From: Octopus bimaculoides
Lineage: Eukaryota
Length of the DNA stretch: 41,323 nt
NCBI RefSeq assembly: GCF_001194135.2
Contig: NC_068983.1
Span: 57,699,521-57,740,843 of the forward strand
Direction of reading: 5' to 3'
Notes under the pieces: model-generated
Told to the model about the DNA's origin: nothing
The model's input: the letters and a program-made list of their open reading frames with translations, nothing else
Databases searched by the model: none
Position numbers and translations under genes: made by a program
Shown here: positions 12,128-22,544 of the stretch, piece by piece
Position numbering within the stretch: position 1 is the first letter of the stretch
Layout: each line of letters begins with the position of its first letter

Positions 12128-12398
12128 GGGCATATAGTGTAGTGGTTAAGAGCGCGGGCTACTAACTCTAAGATTCCGGGTTCAATCCCAGGCAGTGACT
12201 TGAATAAATAATAATGATAATAATAACATCAGCAAAAGATATTTAGGAATGCGAACAGAGTACCCCATTAGTCAAATAAAGGGCTGGGTTCAAAATTCCA
12301 TCAGGACACCTGATGAAGGCTGGAAAATACATCAGCCGAAACGTTGTGAAAACAACAAACAAGATGGGGACACCTATCTGTCCAATATAAATAATATT
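12128..12398 (+). mobile_element. tRNA-derived SINE family C with hammerhead-containing 3' tail
   Basis: A-box TAGTGTAGTGG 12135-12145, B-box GGGTTCAATCCC 12178-12189, (AAT)n spacer, tail shared with 4 other copies. Confidence 0.9.
12307..12348 (+). ncRNA. Minimal type I hammerhead ribozyme motif, core intact
   Basis: CAC-CTGATGA-A-GGCTG(gaaaatacat)CAGCC-GAAAC-GTT-GTG; stems I and II pair; stem III is the palindrome AACGTT. Confidence 0.75.
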
Positions 12399-12733
12399 AT
12401 ATTAAAATTGTGAATAAAATCATTATAATAATATTTCTTTTGGCATTCATTGTCTGCTCCACAAATTACTAGCATACACATACAGCTTTACAGGTGTGAG
12501 GGACTATTATCTAATTATTCGACTTGCTAGAAATATTAACCAAGTCCCTTTCGAATCAGTCACAAAAGACAACTTAATGATGAAAATCGAACCTTGATTC
12601 GGATCATTGTTTATAGAAATGATATCCAACTAAATGTAGATATTGTCGTATGTACTGATTGTGCCAAATGTGAAATGAAATATTTCAAAAATAAACGTCT
12701 TTAGTTAAACAATATCAGAATATTATTAGAATA

Positions 12734-12959
12734 CTGTTGTGTCTGGGGAGAGTCATTTTCTTTTGGTGCCTAATAATTTAACACACATATTGGTAAAGTT
12801 TCCAGTTATTTCTTCTTTATTTTTCCAAAAACTATTGAAAAGTTTGCAAGACGCAACGAAAAGTTTAGAAAAATAAAAAAGCAGTAAGTGGAAATTTTAC
12901 TGCTGAGTGTGTTAAATTATAAGGCACAAAAAGAAAATAACTCTCCCCAGACACAACAG
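12734..12959. mobile_element. MITE with about 53-bp TIRs
   Basis: ctgttgtgtctggggagagtcattttc...taacacac and its inverse; AATA on both flanks. Confidence 0.85.
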
Positions 12960-13459
12960 AATATACTTCAACACACGAACTCACATAAAAAGTCTTGCAA
13001 ACCAAATCCAAAAACGAAATTATTTATATAGCCTTCATTGAAGAAGACTCCATCTGTCACACTTTATCATCAGATCAAGATGATTTTCAAATAATTTATT
13101 TGCAGAAACGAAAGAAAAGTGAATTTATTCAATTTATTCATTGAAGTCTCATAAGAAACTTTCACTTTATTAGGAAAATATAAAATCCAAGAAGTCGAAC
13201 ATATATTCTATTCTAAAAGGAATTCTCAATAACTGAAACTATAGAAAATACTATGAATATTTTATTATAAATAAGTATGTATTCATAAGTAGAATGAATT
13301 AAACGAGCAAGAAAAGTAAGGTTTGTCCTGTGTATGATATGAAAATTTCATTATTATGTATATGATATTTATTTCTCATAGTCAAAAATATTTCAAATTT
13401 TAAGAAAGCACAGTAAGAAAATAATATTTAGTTCCTTTAATGTTTTTAGAAAAATATCA

Positions 13460-13590
13460 AGTGTGTGGGTGTTTGTGGGGCTAAGAATCTCCCTTTAAAA
13501 CCACGTGGTTTTTGGTAGCTGAGTCCCACGGTGTGAAACTATAGCTCAGGTCAAGCAATGCCTTGTGAATGACTTTGGTAGACAGTGACT
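13460..13590 (+). mobile_element. Degenerate SINE family B head
   Basis: accacgtggtt...actatagctcagg...gccttgtgaatgactttggtagac. Confidence 0.55.
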
Positions 13591-13595
13591 ATGTA

Positions 13596-13640
<45 letters not shown>

Positions 13641-13899
13641 GTATGCATATATATATTTGTCCCTACCTTCGAAACGCGGAGTAGATAAAACAGGGGACAA
13701 CTGATGAAGAGAATGTTCTTTACGTTGCCTGTCTCGTTTCTCTTTTTGTCCCCGTTTTTTTAATGTTCTGTACCCATACATGCATGTATGTATACATACA
13801 TATGTAGATATGTACATGTATGTGTGTATATATGTATATATGCATATATTTATATATTATTTATATTATTATATGATCGAACGCTACGCATCCATTTCC

Positions 13900-14100
13900 T
13901 CTTTTATTTGTTTCAGTCATTTAACAGCGGCCATACTGAAGCACCACCCTTAGTCGAACAAATTGCCCCCAGGACTTATTCTTTGTAAGACTAGTACTTA
14001 TTCTATCGGTCTCTAATACTGAACCACTAAGTTACAGGGACGTAAACATACCAACGTCGGTCACTAAGCGATGGTGGGGGGGACAAACACAGACACACAA
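13900..14100 (-). mobile_element. SINE family B 3' module
   Basis: Matches 35370-35570. Confidence 0.85.
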
Positions 14101-14110
14101 ACACATATGT

Positions 14111-14175
<65 letters not shown>

Positions 14176-14234
14176 TGTGTGTGTATGTGTGTGTGTGTGT
14201 ATGTATTGGCGTGTGTATGTGGTTGTGTTTCCGT

Positions 14235-14455
14235 ATGTATGACTTTGTGTTTATGTTTGTCTCCAATCACCACGTAACACTCAATGTTGGTTTGTTTACA
14301 TCCCCATAATTTAGCTGGCCGACAAAAGAGGTCAAAAGAAGCCCAAAATGAAGTTCTGGGGCTGATTTCTTCGACCAAAACCTTCAAGACGGTGCCCAAC
14401 ATGGCCAGAGACATATAACTGAATCCAGTAAAATATATAAGATACAAGATCAATG
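14235..14455 (+). mobile_element. SINE family B 3' module (older copy)
   Basis: tttacatccccataatttagc...ctggggctgatttcttcgacc...ggtgcccaacatggcc. Confidence 0.75.
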
Positions 14456-14689
14456 TCCTATTTATGAAATAATATATCAGATCCGTATTGACATCATGTG
14501 CAACCAGAATGCGTTAAGCAATGGATTTCTTTCGATTACATAATTTTTCTATCGTTAACTGTAGCCAGTTTGTTGTGTCGACGCCCCCCAGACGATGAAG
14601 TAGGCTAGCCCAATACGTAGATATAGAGGGAGAAGTCTAGATGTCGGGGTAGTTGAGTAGAGGTCATCCGAATGTGCGATATAACACGA

Positions 14690-15610
14690 TTGAAGCACAT
14701 TTTGACATTTCATTTAATGAATGACCGAATATAAATGAGCAGCGCAAAATTTGTGGCAGGGAAACAGCAACAATGTGATAACAAGCAACAAAGAGACAAG
14801 GAATGAATGAAGCTGAAAAGAGAAAAAAATCAGACAACTGAATGTACGTTGGTGAAGACAAGCACATGGGCAACTTTCCTAAGAGCAGCTAGAATGCATT
14901 GGCGTTCAAAAATGTTGATCAGTGATTTTTGTGGCACTCTGTCGGTTATGGTGTCGAGGGTTCCAATTGATCCGATCAACAGAACAGCCTGCTCGTGAAA
15001 TTAACAGGCAAATAGCTGAGCACTCCACAGACATGTGTACCCTTAATGTAGTTCTCAGGGAGATTCAGCGTGACACAGAGTGTGACAAGACTGGCCCCTT
15101 TGAAATACAGGTACAACAGAAACAGGAAGAAAGGGTGAGAGAAAGGTTTTGAGAAAGAGTACAGCAGGTTTCACTACCACCCCTGCCAGAGCTTCGTGGA
15201 GCTTTAGGTGTTTTCGCTCAATAAACACTCACAACGCTCGGTCTGGGAATCGAAACGGTAATCCTACAACCACGAGCCTGCTATCTTAACCATTGAGCCA
15301 TTGCACCTCCACACTGATCAGTATAAAGAAGTACAAAAACAACTCTCAAAAAAGAAGTGAGGATGAATTTTGGCTGAAATGCTGAGAAACGGATGCAGAT
15401 AGAACAAGTTTCTCGTGAACATCATGAACGTATCTTGAAACAAGATGCTATGCAATAAAGACGAGTATGGAAAATTCTTTGTGATGAGTAGCAAAAACTT
15501 GTGGATCATAATGTGTGACACTTTGGAGAACCACAGAAAGAACTGCGTGAATGGATGTTGATACAAAATAGTGAACAGCATTAAGCAGCAAAATAAGTTC
15601 CTAAAAAGCA
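14690..15610 (+). pseudogene. Decayed Q/E/R/K-rich ORF of unknown origin, split by a SINE
   Basis: Frame AEKRMQIEQVSREHHERILKQDAMQ*RRVWKILCDE*QKLVDHNV*...; several stops could arise from single C-to-T changes in CAA/CAG/CGA. Confidence 0.3.
14924..15314 (-). mobile_element. Full-length tRNA-derived SINE family F with 8-bp TSD
   Basis: Head gtggaggtgcaatggctcaatggttaag...gtttcgattccc; TSD tgatcagt at 14916-14923 and 15315-15322. Confidence 0.85.
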
Positions 15611-16011
15611 ATGTAAACAGATTTTATATCATGATACTAAGTAACGTCATCCAACACGCCATTGATTTTTTTTTTCAAGAACAAAGACGGCATTTAATAG
15701 CTTAGGATAAGAATTAATCGTTTAAACATACAAAGCAGGATGTTGAATGTTTCGAGACAGCATGACATAGATTCAGTAGCAGATGTCGCAATCAGTGTGA
15801 CACTTCATGCTTATGGTTTAATAGCCATCGTTGCAGCACAGTAATAAAGAACATACTCGAGGAACATTAGCCTATCCTGATTTTCGTATACGTTGTAAAT
15901 CTGTTTTAATCCGTACTCAAGAAATTCTGGATTTACCTAATGAACTACAACAGAATTGGTTCATCAGAAGCAAAATATTTCAGAACACACATCCAGATCA
16001 GTTCTATATTT

Positions 16012-16128
16012 AAGAGATGAGGAATTATGTACATTATTTACATTTGATGGATATTTGTCCCCATCTTGTTTGTTGTTAACACAACGTTTCGGCAGATATA
16101 CCCTCCAGCCTTCATTAAGTGTCTTGGG
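16012..16128 (-). mobile_element. HHR-SINE tail, inverted arm
   Basis: Reverse complement of 16332-16433; HHR core reads TTAATGA (mutated). Confidence 0.9.
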
Positions 16129-16200
16129 TATATGGCATAGTGGTTAAGAACATGGGCTACTAACCCCAAGATTCCGATTTCGATTCCAGGTAGTGACCTA

Positions 16201-16277
<77 letters not shown>

Positions 16278-16433
16278 CAACAACAACATCGAAAAATACC
16301 TTAGGAATGAGAACCCAGGTTCGAAATTTCCCCCAAGACACCTAATGAAGGCTGGAGGGTACATCAGCTGAAACGTTGTGTTAACAAACAAGATGAGGAC
16401 AAATATCCGTCAAATGTAAATAATGGAAATAAT
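16127..16433 (+). mobile_element. Full HHR-SINE family C
   Basis: A-box TGGCATAGTGG 16133-16143, B-box-like gatttcgattcc, (AAT)n/(AAC)n 16200-16287, HHR motif 16337-16382 with core CTAATGA. Confidence 0.9.
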
Positions 16434-16617
16434 ACACATCCATATGTTCAGCACAGCTATTGCCAGGTGTAGCATGAAAGCAGACGATTCTGCATTTACT
16501 CAAATTGTTGTCCCTTCCAGAATTCATTGAGTCATTCATTAGTTTGTTTTGGAGAATCAAGAAATGCTGCTACTGGTACACTACTCTGTCTGCAAAACTA
16601 CGTTTACGTTTCCGAAA

Positions 16618-16980
16618 AACATGATCGTTGCCAGCGTCGCCTTACCGGCACTTATGCCGGTGGCATGTGAAAAGCAACATTTGAGCGTGGTCCTTGCCAG
16701 TGCCACCGGACTGGCTCCCATGCAGGTAGTATGTAAAAAACAACATTTGAGAATGGTCGTTGCCAGAAACGCCTGACTGGCCCTTGTGTCGGTGGCACGT
16801 AAAAGCACCCACTACCCTCTTTGAGTGGTTGGCGTTAGGAAAGGCTTCCAGCTGTAGAAACTTTGCCAGATCAGATTGAACCTGGTGCAGCCTTCTGGCT
16901 CACCAAGTCCCCAGTCAAACCGTCCAACCCACGCCAGCATGGAAAGTAGATGTTAAACGACGATGATGATTACGACGATG
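16618..16980 (+). mobile_element. RTE-type LINE 3' UTR fragment
   Basis: ggcacgtaaaagcacc units, ggttggcgttaggaa...ccagctgtagaaac, (GAT)n end; homologous to 32200-32512. Confidence 0.85.
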
Positions 16981-17534
16981 TTCGATAACATATGTAGAGG
17001 GTGGCTGCTGACAATGGACAAGAAATACTTGAGACTCTTATTCTCTGAACACCTCTTTCAGCAATAATTCTTACCCGTCCAAGAAAAATTTGATGCAGCA
17101 ATAATACCAGAAAATGTTTCTGTAGGATTACATAACGACAAAAAGGCCAGAAGGTATAAATTTGTCTACATACAATGAGAAGACTGTATTGATTCCTTGT
17201 AATGACGAAGAAACGCATCAAACTAGAAGAACATGGTTTAGCAAGTTTCAAGCAGAGAACAATTAGGAAAATCGTCAAATATTTAGCGACTCTTATGAAG
17301 CTTATTACCCCATGATGTATTCATGTTTTGGTTTGTGTTTTATTTTCCAGTGTCTTAGATAAATAGCATCTCAATATACAAAACCAAAGAGGCAACAGCA
17401 AAGTGACATGTCTTCAATTTTATTCTTTTCTGATAATGAAGAAAGTTGAATCAGGTAATATGTTACACCACAGTCACTGTCATTTCCAATAGTTTTGTGT
17501 AGACCAATGTGCCAAAGTGTAATCTCTTATTTTA

Positions 17535-17628
17535 CATTATTTACATTTGATGGATATTTGTCCTCATCTTGTTTGCTGTTAACACAGCGTTTCGGCTGAT
17601 ATACCCTCCAGCCTTCATCAGCTGTTTC
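17535..17628 (-). mobile_element. HHR tail module (CTGATGA and stem II intact; GCT instead of GTT)
   Basis: Reverse complement: cagCTGATGAaggctggagggtatatcagccGAAACgctgtgttaac...aaatgtaaataatgta. Confidence 0.85.
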
Positions 17629-17701
<73 letters not shown>

Positions 17702-17704
<3 letters not shown>

Positions 17705-17868
17705 GGCAGGCTTCTTTCAGTTTCCGTCTACCAAATCCACTCACAAGGCTTTGGCCGGCCCGAAGCTATAGTAGAAGACACTTGCCCAAGGTGCCCCACA
17801 GTGCGAATGAACGCGGAACCATGTGGTTGGTAAGCAAGCTACTTACCACACAGCCACTCCTGCACCTA
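17702..17868 (-). mobile_element. SINE family B head
   Basis: Reverse complement: ggagtggctgtgtggtaagtagcttg...ggcaccttgggcaagtgtcttc. Confidence 0.9.
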
Positions 17869-18163
17869 TGAAAGAAATTTGGTAAACAAAAGCTGTAAAA
17901 AAAGTCTATCAATAACACATTGATATATGAGCATCAGAGAGGAAAACGGTGCATTTGACCAGGAATGCCTTTCATTCTTCATGTCTAACTGAGTTAACTC
18001 CCTGCACTCCAATGCCTTTTGCATATTTTTGAATGTTACAAGAAAAATGAATTAGTTACCACACAAAATATTGGAGCAAGAACAAAATTTAACAAATAAC
18101 TCTTGAAGGTTGTAATGCCTGAATGTGGTCACAGCCAAATAAAGGAATCGATAAAAAGTGAGG

Positions 18164-18632
18164 CGGAATTCTGCTTTACGCACGGCATATAACCCCTCGT
18201 AAATTTTCTTTATATTTTGGGAATTTCCAGAAAATTTTTCGAATTTGTATTCTACACAAGATTGGAAAAAAATTCTAATATTTCGAATTTATTTTTATAA
18301 TCACAGTTTAAAAAAAAAACGAATGGGCAGTCCGAATTTTTGGCTTAAATTCCAGCAACAAACCATTAAATGTGTTTATTGGGAGAAAGATATTAAAAAC
18401 ATCAATACGTCAACTGACAAACAAACGAGAAGGACATGAGGTGGTCATGAGATGTGCTAAAAATAACAGTTAAATAGCCCTTAAATTATGCAGCAAAAAT
18501 TTTTTATCGTGGTTTTTGCATAATGCTATGAATTCCCGTGTGTAGAATACAAATTCATAAACATTTTCTGAAAATTCCAAAAAATAAAAAGAGTTATGAG
18601 GCGTTATATGGCATGCATAAAGCAGAATTCTG
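18164..18632. mobile_element. MITE with about 95-bp imperfect TIRs
   Basis: gaattctgctttacgcacggcatataac...gaatttgtattctacac and its inverse at about 18540-18632. Confidence 0.8.
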
Positions 18633-18931
18633 TCAAAAGTGAATGTAAAGATAAAAACAACCTTCTATGAGTCTCTGAGACTCATGGGAGGAATAACAGA
18701 AGTGATCCACAGGCAAGGTACATGGTCTGAATATTTGCATTAGAGTAGAGTGGACTCTGAATGCAGGGACCAAGTGGTCATGTTAAACTGGACAAAAGAT
18801 TAAGCATGTCACGAAAAGAAAACATGTTCATATATGCCCAATAGCCAGACTAGAGTAAATATGTATATTACGCTCACTATCGTTATTTAAAATAGATTTT
18901 CTGTTGGTAGTTTTATACTCTTATTATCACT

Positions 18932-19143
18932 GGAGAGCTGGCAGAATCGCTAGAACACTGGGAAAAATGCTTCAAGGCACTTTGTCCATCCTGACTTTCT
19001 GAGTTCAAATTCCGCCGGGTCGACTTAGCCTTTCATCCTTTTGGAATCGATAAATTAAGCACTAGTAAAACACTGGGGTTGATGTAATCAACAAGTCCCC
19101 TTCCCATAAATTTCAGGATTTGTGCCTATAGTAGAAATGATTA
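18932..19143 (+). mobile_element. SINE family A
   Basis: Head, B-box, gcctttcatcc domain and aaatttcagg..ttgtgcctatagtagaaa tail. Confidence 0.85.
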
Positions 19144-19214
19144 TTTGTGATGTGCGTGTGTGTGGGTACTTGTATGTGAGAATGAACGTATACATATATA
19201 TGTATGCATACATG

Positions 19215-19485
19215 TATATCATCGAGTGAGAGAGCCGTGCATGCCATCAAAATGACACTGGAGTAAAATATACGAAGCCCAGTACACCTATCGTGACTAC
19301 CCGTCTGATAAGGGTACACCAGGCACATGCATCACAACCATGTGTGTGCGACATGGTGATCTCCTAGCTAGATAAACAGCACATGACCTTACAGGTGGGA
19401 CCCAATTAGAATTTTCTTCAGGTTGAGTAGCCCACCCCACTCAAAAGGTCCCTGAATAAGGTTGTTTAAGGATGTTGAACGACAC
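19215..19485 (-). repeat. Interspersed repeat, possibly the 3' UTR of the adjacent R4/Dong-like LINE
   Basis: Lies directly 3' of the REL fragment on the minus strand; the assignment is inferred. Confidence 0.45.
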
Positions 19486-19486
19486 A

Positions 19487-20100
19487 CCTATGTCAATTAT
19501 CATGCATGTTCTTTCTTTTTTATTCACCACAACAATGTCTGGATTCCGATGTCTGGTCGAGTGATCGCACTGGATCATCGCATCCCACAGGATTTTGCAA
19601 TTCCCATTTTCAGTGACTGCTTCTGGAGATTTCTCATACCGTGTCTTTGTTCTTTGTAAGCCGTGATTTCCTCAGAGCTCCCAACAGATCATTCTTGCCA
19701 CATTGTCATGGCGTCTTTTGTATTCGTATTGTGCCAATATCAGGCATTTGTTAACGACGTGCCATACCATTTCACCCATCTCACTACACATTCTGCATTT
19801 ATCGCTGTCAGTAGTGCCGTCTAATCTGGACTTCATATAGTTGGTCCTTAATGCTTGTTCTTGAGCTGCACCTATGAGTGCCTCTGTCCCTATCGTCAGG
19901 TCACTCCTCTTCATCCATAACCACCAGTCCTCTGCATCTATCTTGGCATTCACATCTCTTGCAAACTGACTGTACATTTTCTTTTTCTTCCATGTTTGTC
20001 TTTGTTAGTTTCTTGTTTAAATTTTTCTTTAGTTACACAATTTTCAGTTTTGCTAACGCCTGCCTTCTTCGTGTGTTTCAACCGTGGCTCCACGTCATTT
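19487..20100 (-). mobile_element. R4/Dong-like (restriction-like endonuclease) non-LTR retrotransposon fragment
   Basis: TEALIGAAQEQALRTNY..CRMC...HVVNKC..LAQYEYKRRHDNVA..WEL* ..KILWD...PDIVVVNKKERTCMIIDI: CCHC knuckle, RHD motif and PD-(D/E)xK nuclease. Confidence 0.85.
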
Positions 20101-20109
20101 TTTATATGC

Positions 20110-20123
20110 TATTATTATTATTA

Positions 20124-20182
<59 letters not shown>

Positions 20183-20268
20183 TCAAACTTACACAGTAAC
20201 AAAATGCTATTCTATATGTCTTTATTAAAGATAGAGATAAATAAACAGATAGGCAGACATAGGCATTA

Positions 20269-20330
<62 letters not shown>

Positions 20331-20530
20331 GGATGGATGGATGGAGGGGTGGATGGATGGATAGATAGAAAGCAGGATAGATAGACAGAAAGACAGAACC
20401 ATAGACAGCCAGACAGACAGGGAGATAGATATATAATTAGATTGGAAGAAAGATAAATGTGTGTGTGTGTGTGTGTATGTGTGTGTGTGTATAGATAGAT
20501 AAATAGATAGATAGATAGATAGATAGGTAA

Positions 20531-20583
<53 letters not shown>
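20110..20583. repeat. Microsatellite cluster (TTA)n, (GATA)n, (GATG)n, (GT)n
   Basis: Directly visible. Confidence 0.95.
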
Positions 20584-20584
<1 letters not shown>

Positions 20585-21264
20585 TAGAAAGGAGACAAAA
20601 TTGTTTGATGATGGTATCTTCAAGCTTCTTCATTTCCTGCAGAGCAAAGTATTACCACTAGACGTAATAGTCTAAACCATTTCCAAAGAATTTATTGATA
20701 TATTTCTTTCCTCAAATACTCACCCACCTACCCATTCTCAACCACCATAACCAAATTCCTCTATCTCTTTTCTTTGCAGACCTCAAATCTATTATGAGAT
20801 TTAAGATTAGGTAAACCTACCAATTCTCTCTCTTTCTCTTTCTCTCTCCCCGTCTCTCTCTTCCTCACTATTTCAAATCTCTATTGTAATTCATTTTATT
20901 TTTCATATTCTTTTATTCTTTCTTTTATTACCTTTTCTTTTCCTTTATTATTTGGTTACCTTCTGTACTAAAACAATCTCCTTAAGCCTTTTACTCTTGT
21001 AATGAAGAAAATTGACATTATTAATGTTAACTTCATCATATAAGTTCTTCACTGCTGATTGATCTGATGTTGATCTCTAAGCAGCTCTGATTATTCAAAT
21101 ATAAAAGCTATTCTCGAAGGATCTTGTTTCTATCATAGACATGAATGGTTCTGCCATTGAACTTACTCCAAGAAGCCCTTTTTCTTTTCGCCATTGGTTA
21201 TTCCAATACAGTGAAAAGGAAGTTAATTACAAACATTAAACAACTCTCGTTATTTATTACTCCG

Positions 21265-21542
21265 CTACCACCACCACCACCACCACCAGAACAACAACAA
21301 CAACAACAAAAACAGCAACAACCACCACCATCATCATGACAACAACAAATATTATTGCTACAACCGTTGTCACCACCAACACCACCACATAACAACAACC
21401 AGTCACCCCTACTAGCACCTCCGCCACAACTACTGTTGATATTACAACCGCCACTACGACAACTGCCACTACCACAGCCATAAATAACAACTGCAAGGGC
21501 CACTACTCCGACATCACCACCACCACCACCACCACCACCATC
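21265..21542. repeat. Compound trinucleotide tract (CAC/CAA/ACA)n
   Basis: Directly visible. Confidence 0.9.
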
Positions 21543-21687
21543 GCAATCCTCGTTGTTTTGATTAATATTATAAAATTCCTTTTCTCACCTTGTTGTTATG
21601 ATTGAAACACTTTGTGCAAAACAAAATTTCTTTTAGTATTTTAATCTAGTCTCATTTCATCAAAGCGGTTTAGACATAGGCATGGTT

Positions 21688-21845
21688 GTATGGATAAGAA
21701 ATTCACTTAGAAAGCACATGGTCAGGGGTTCGCTTCCACTGTGCGGAATTCGTTGACTGGTTTCTTTTATTATAGCTGTAAACCGAACAATACTTTGTGA
21801 ATGTAAATGATGGATGAAAACTAGAAAATGCTCTTCGTGTGCATA
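21688..21845 (+). mobile_element. Old SINE family B head
   Basis: ggttgtatggataagaa...cacatggtcaggggttcgcttccactg...attatagc. Confidence 0.5.
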
Positions 21846-22319
21846 TATAAACTAAACACAAATGGCGTTTAAAATATATAAAAGCTGTTTTGGTAGAATT
21901 TCATTTAATGCAGTCATAAAAGTTTACATCATAATATACATACCACTATGTTGGCTACATCCTGGTCTATCTTTAAAATATTGCATGTTTAAAATTTTAT
22001 CTGATGATTGTGGAATGTATATTATGATATCATCATTTCTCACTGCATTAAATAAAATTCTACCGAAACAGCTGTCGTAAATTTTAAACACCATTTGTGT
22101 TTACTTTTTATACATACGTCACACCAAAAACCCACTTGTGAATGGGATTTGTGGTTATAAAATGGATTTGGTACTTGCATATTGAAAATATCCTGCCTAC
22201 ATTAGAATTCTTCACCGTTGTTTATTTTCCTGTGAGATTTATGTTATCGGACCTAACCATTCCTGGTATTCTACGAGCTGATGTGCTTGACTCTTAAGAA
22301 TACATATTACAACATATAT

Positions 22320-22525
22320 GCTGGGCGAAGTGCTTAGCAGTATTTCGTCTTCTGGCAATTTGTTCTGAGTTCAAATTCCCCCGAGGTCAACTTTGCCTTT
22401 CATCTTTTCGGGGTTGATTAAATAAGCACCAGTTATGCATTGGGGTTGATGTAATCGACTTAATCCCTTTGTCTGTCCTTGTTTGTCCCCTCTATGTTTA
22501 GCCCCTTGTGGGCAATAAAGAAATA
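22320..22525 (+). mobile_element. SINE family A (5' truncated)
   Basis: Matches 34578-34775, plus tail ttgtgggcaataaagaaata. Confidence 0.9.
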
Positions 22526-22544
22526 TGTGTATGTGTGTGTGACG

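Noticed and set aside
12128-12200. SINE heads as real tRNA genes (also 16127-16198 and families A, B, E, F)
   Set aside because: Acceptor stems are incomplete and the heads continue into SINE bodies; parent tRNA not assigned.
20178-20633. 151-aa IYLS-repeat ORF
   Set aside because: Translation of (GATA)n.
21000-21240. Protein-like short frames on both strands (e.g. MAKRKRASWSKFNGRTIHVYDRNKILRE*)
   Set aside because: Interrupted by stops, no homology recognised.
21145-21503. PolyP/polyQ and polyV/polyC ORFs
   Set aside because: Translations of trinucleotide repeats with no domain content.
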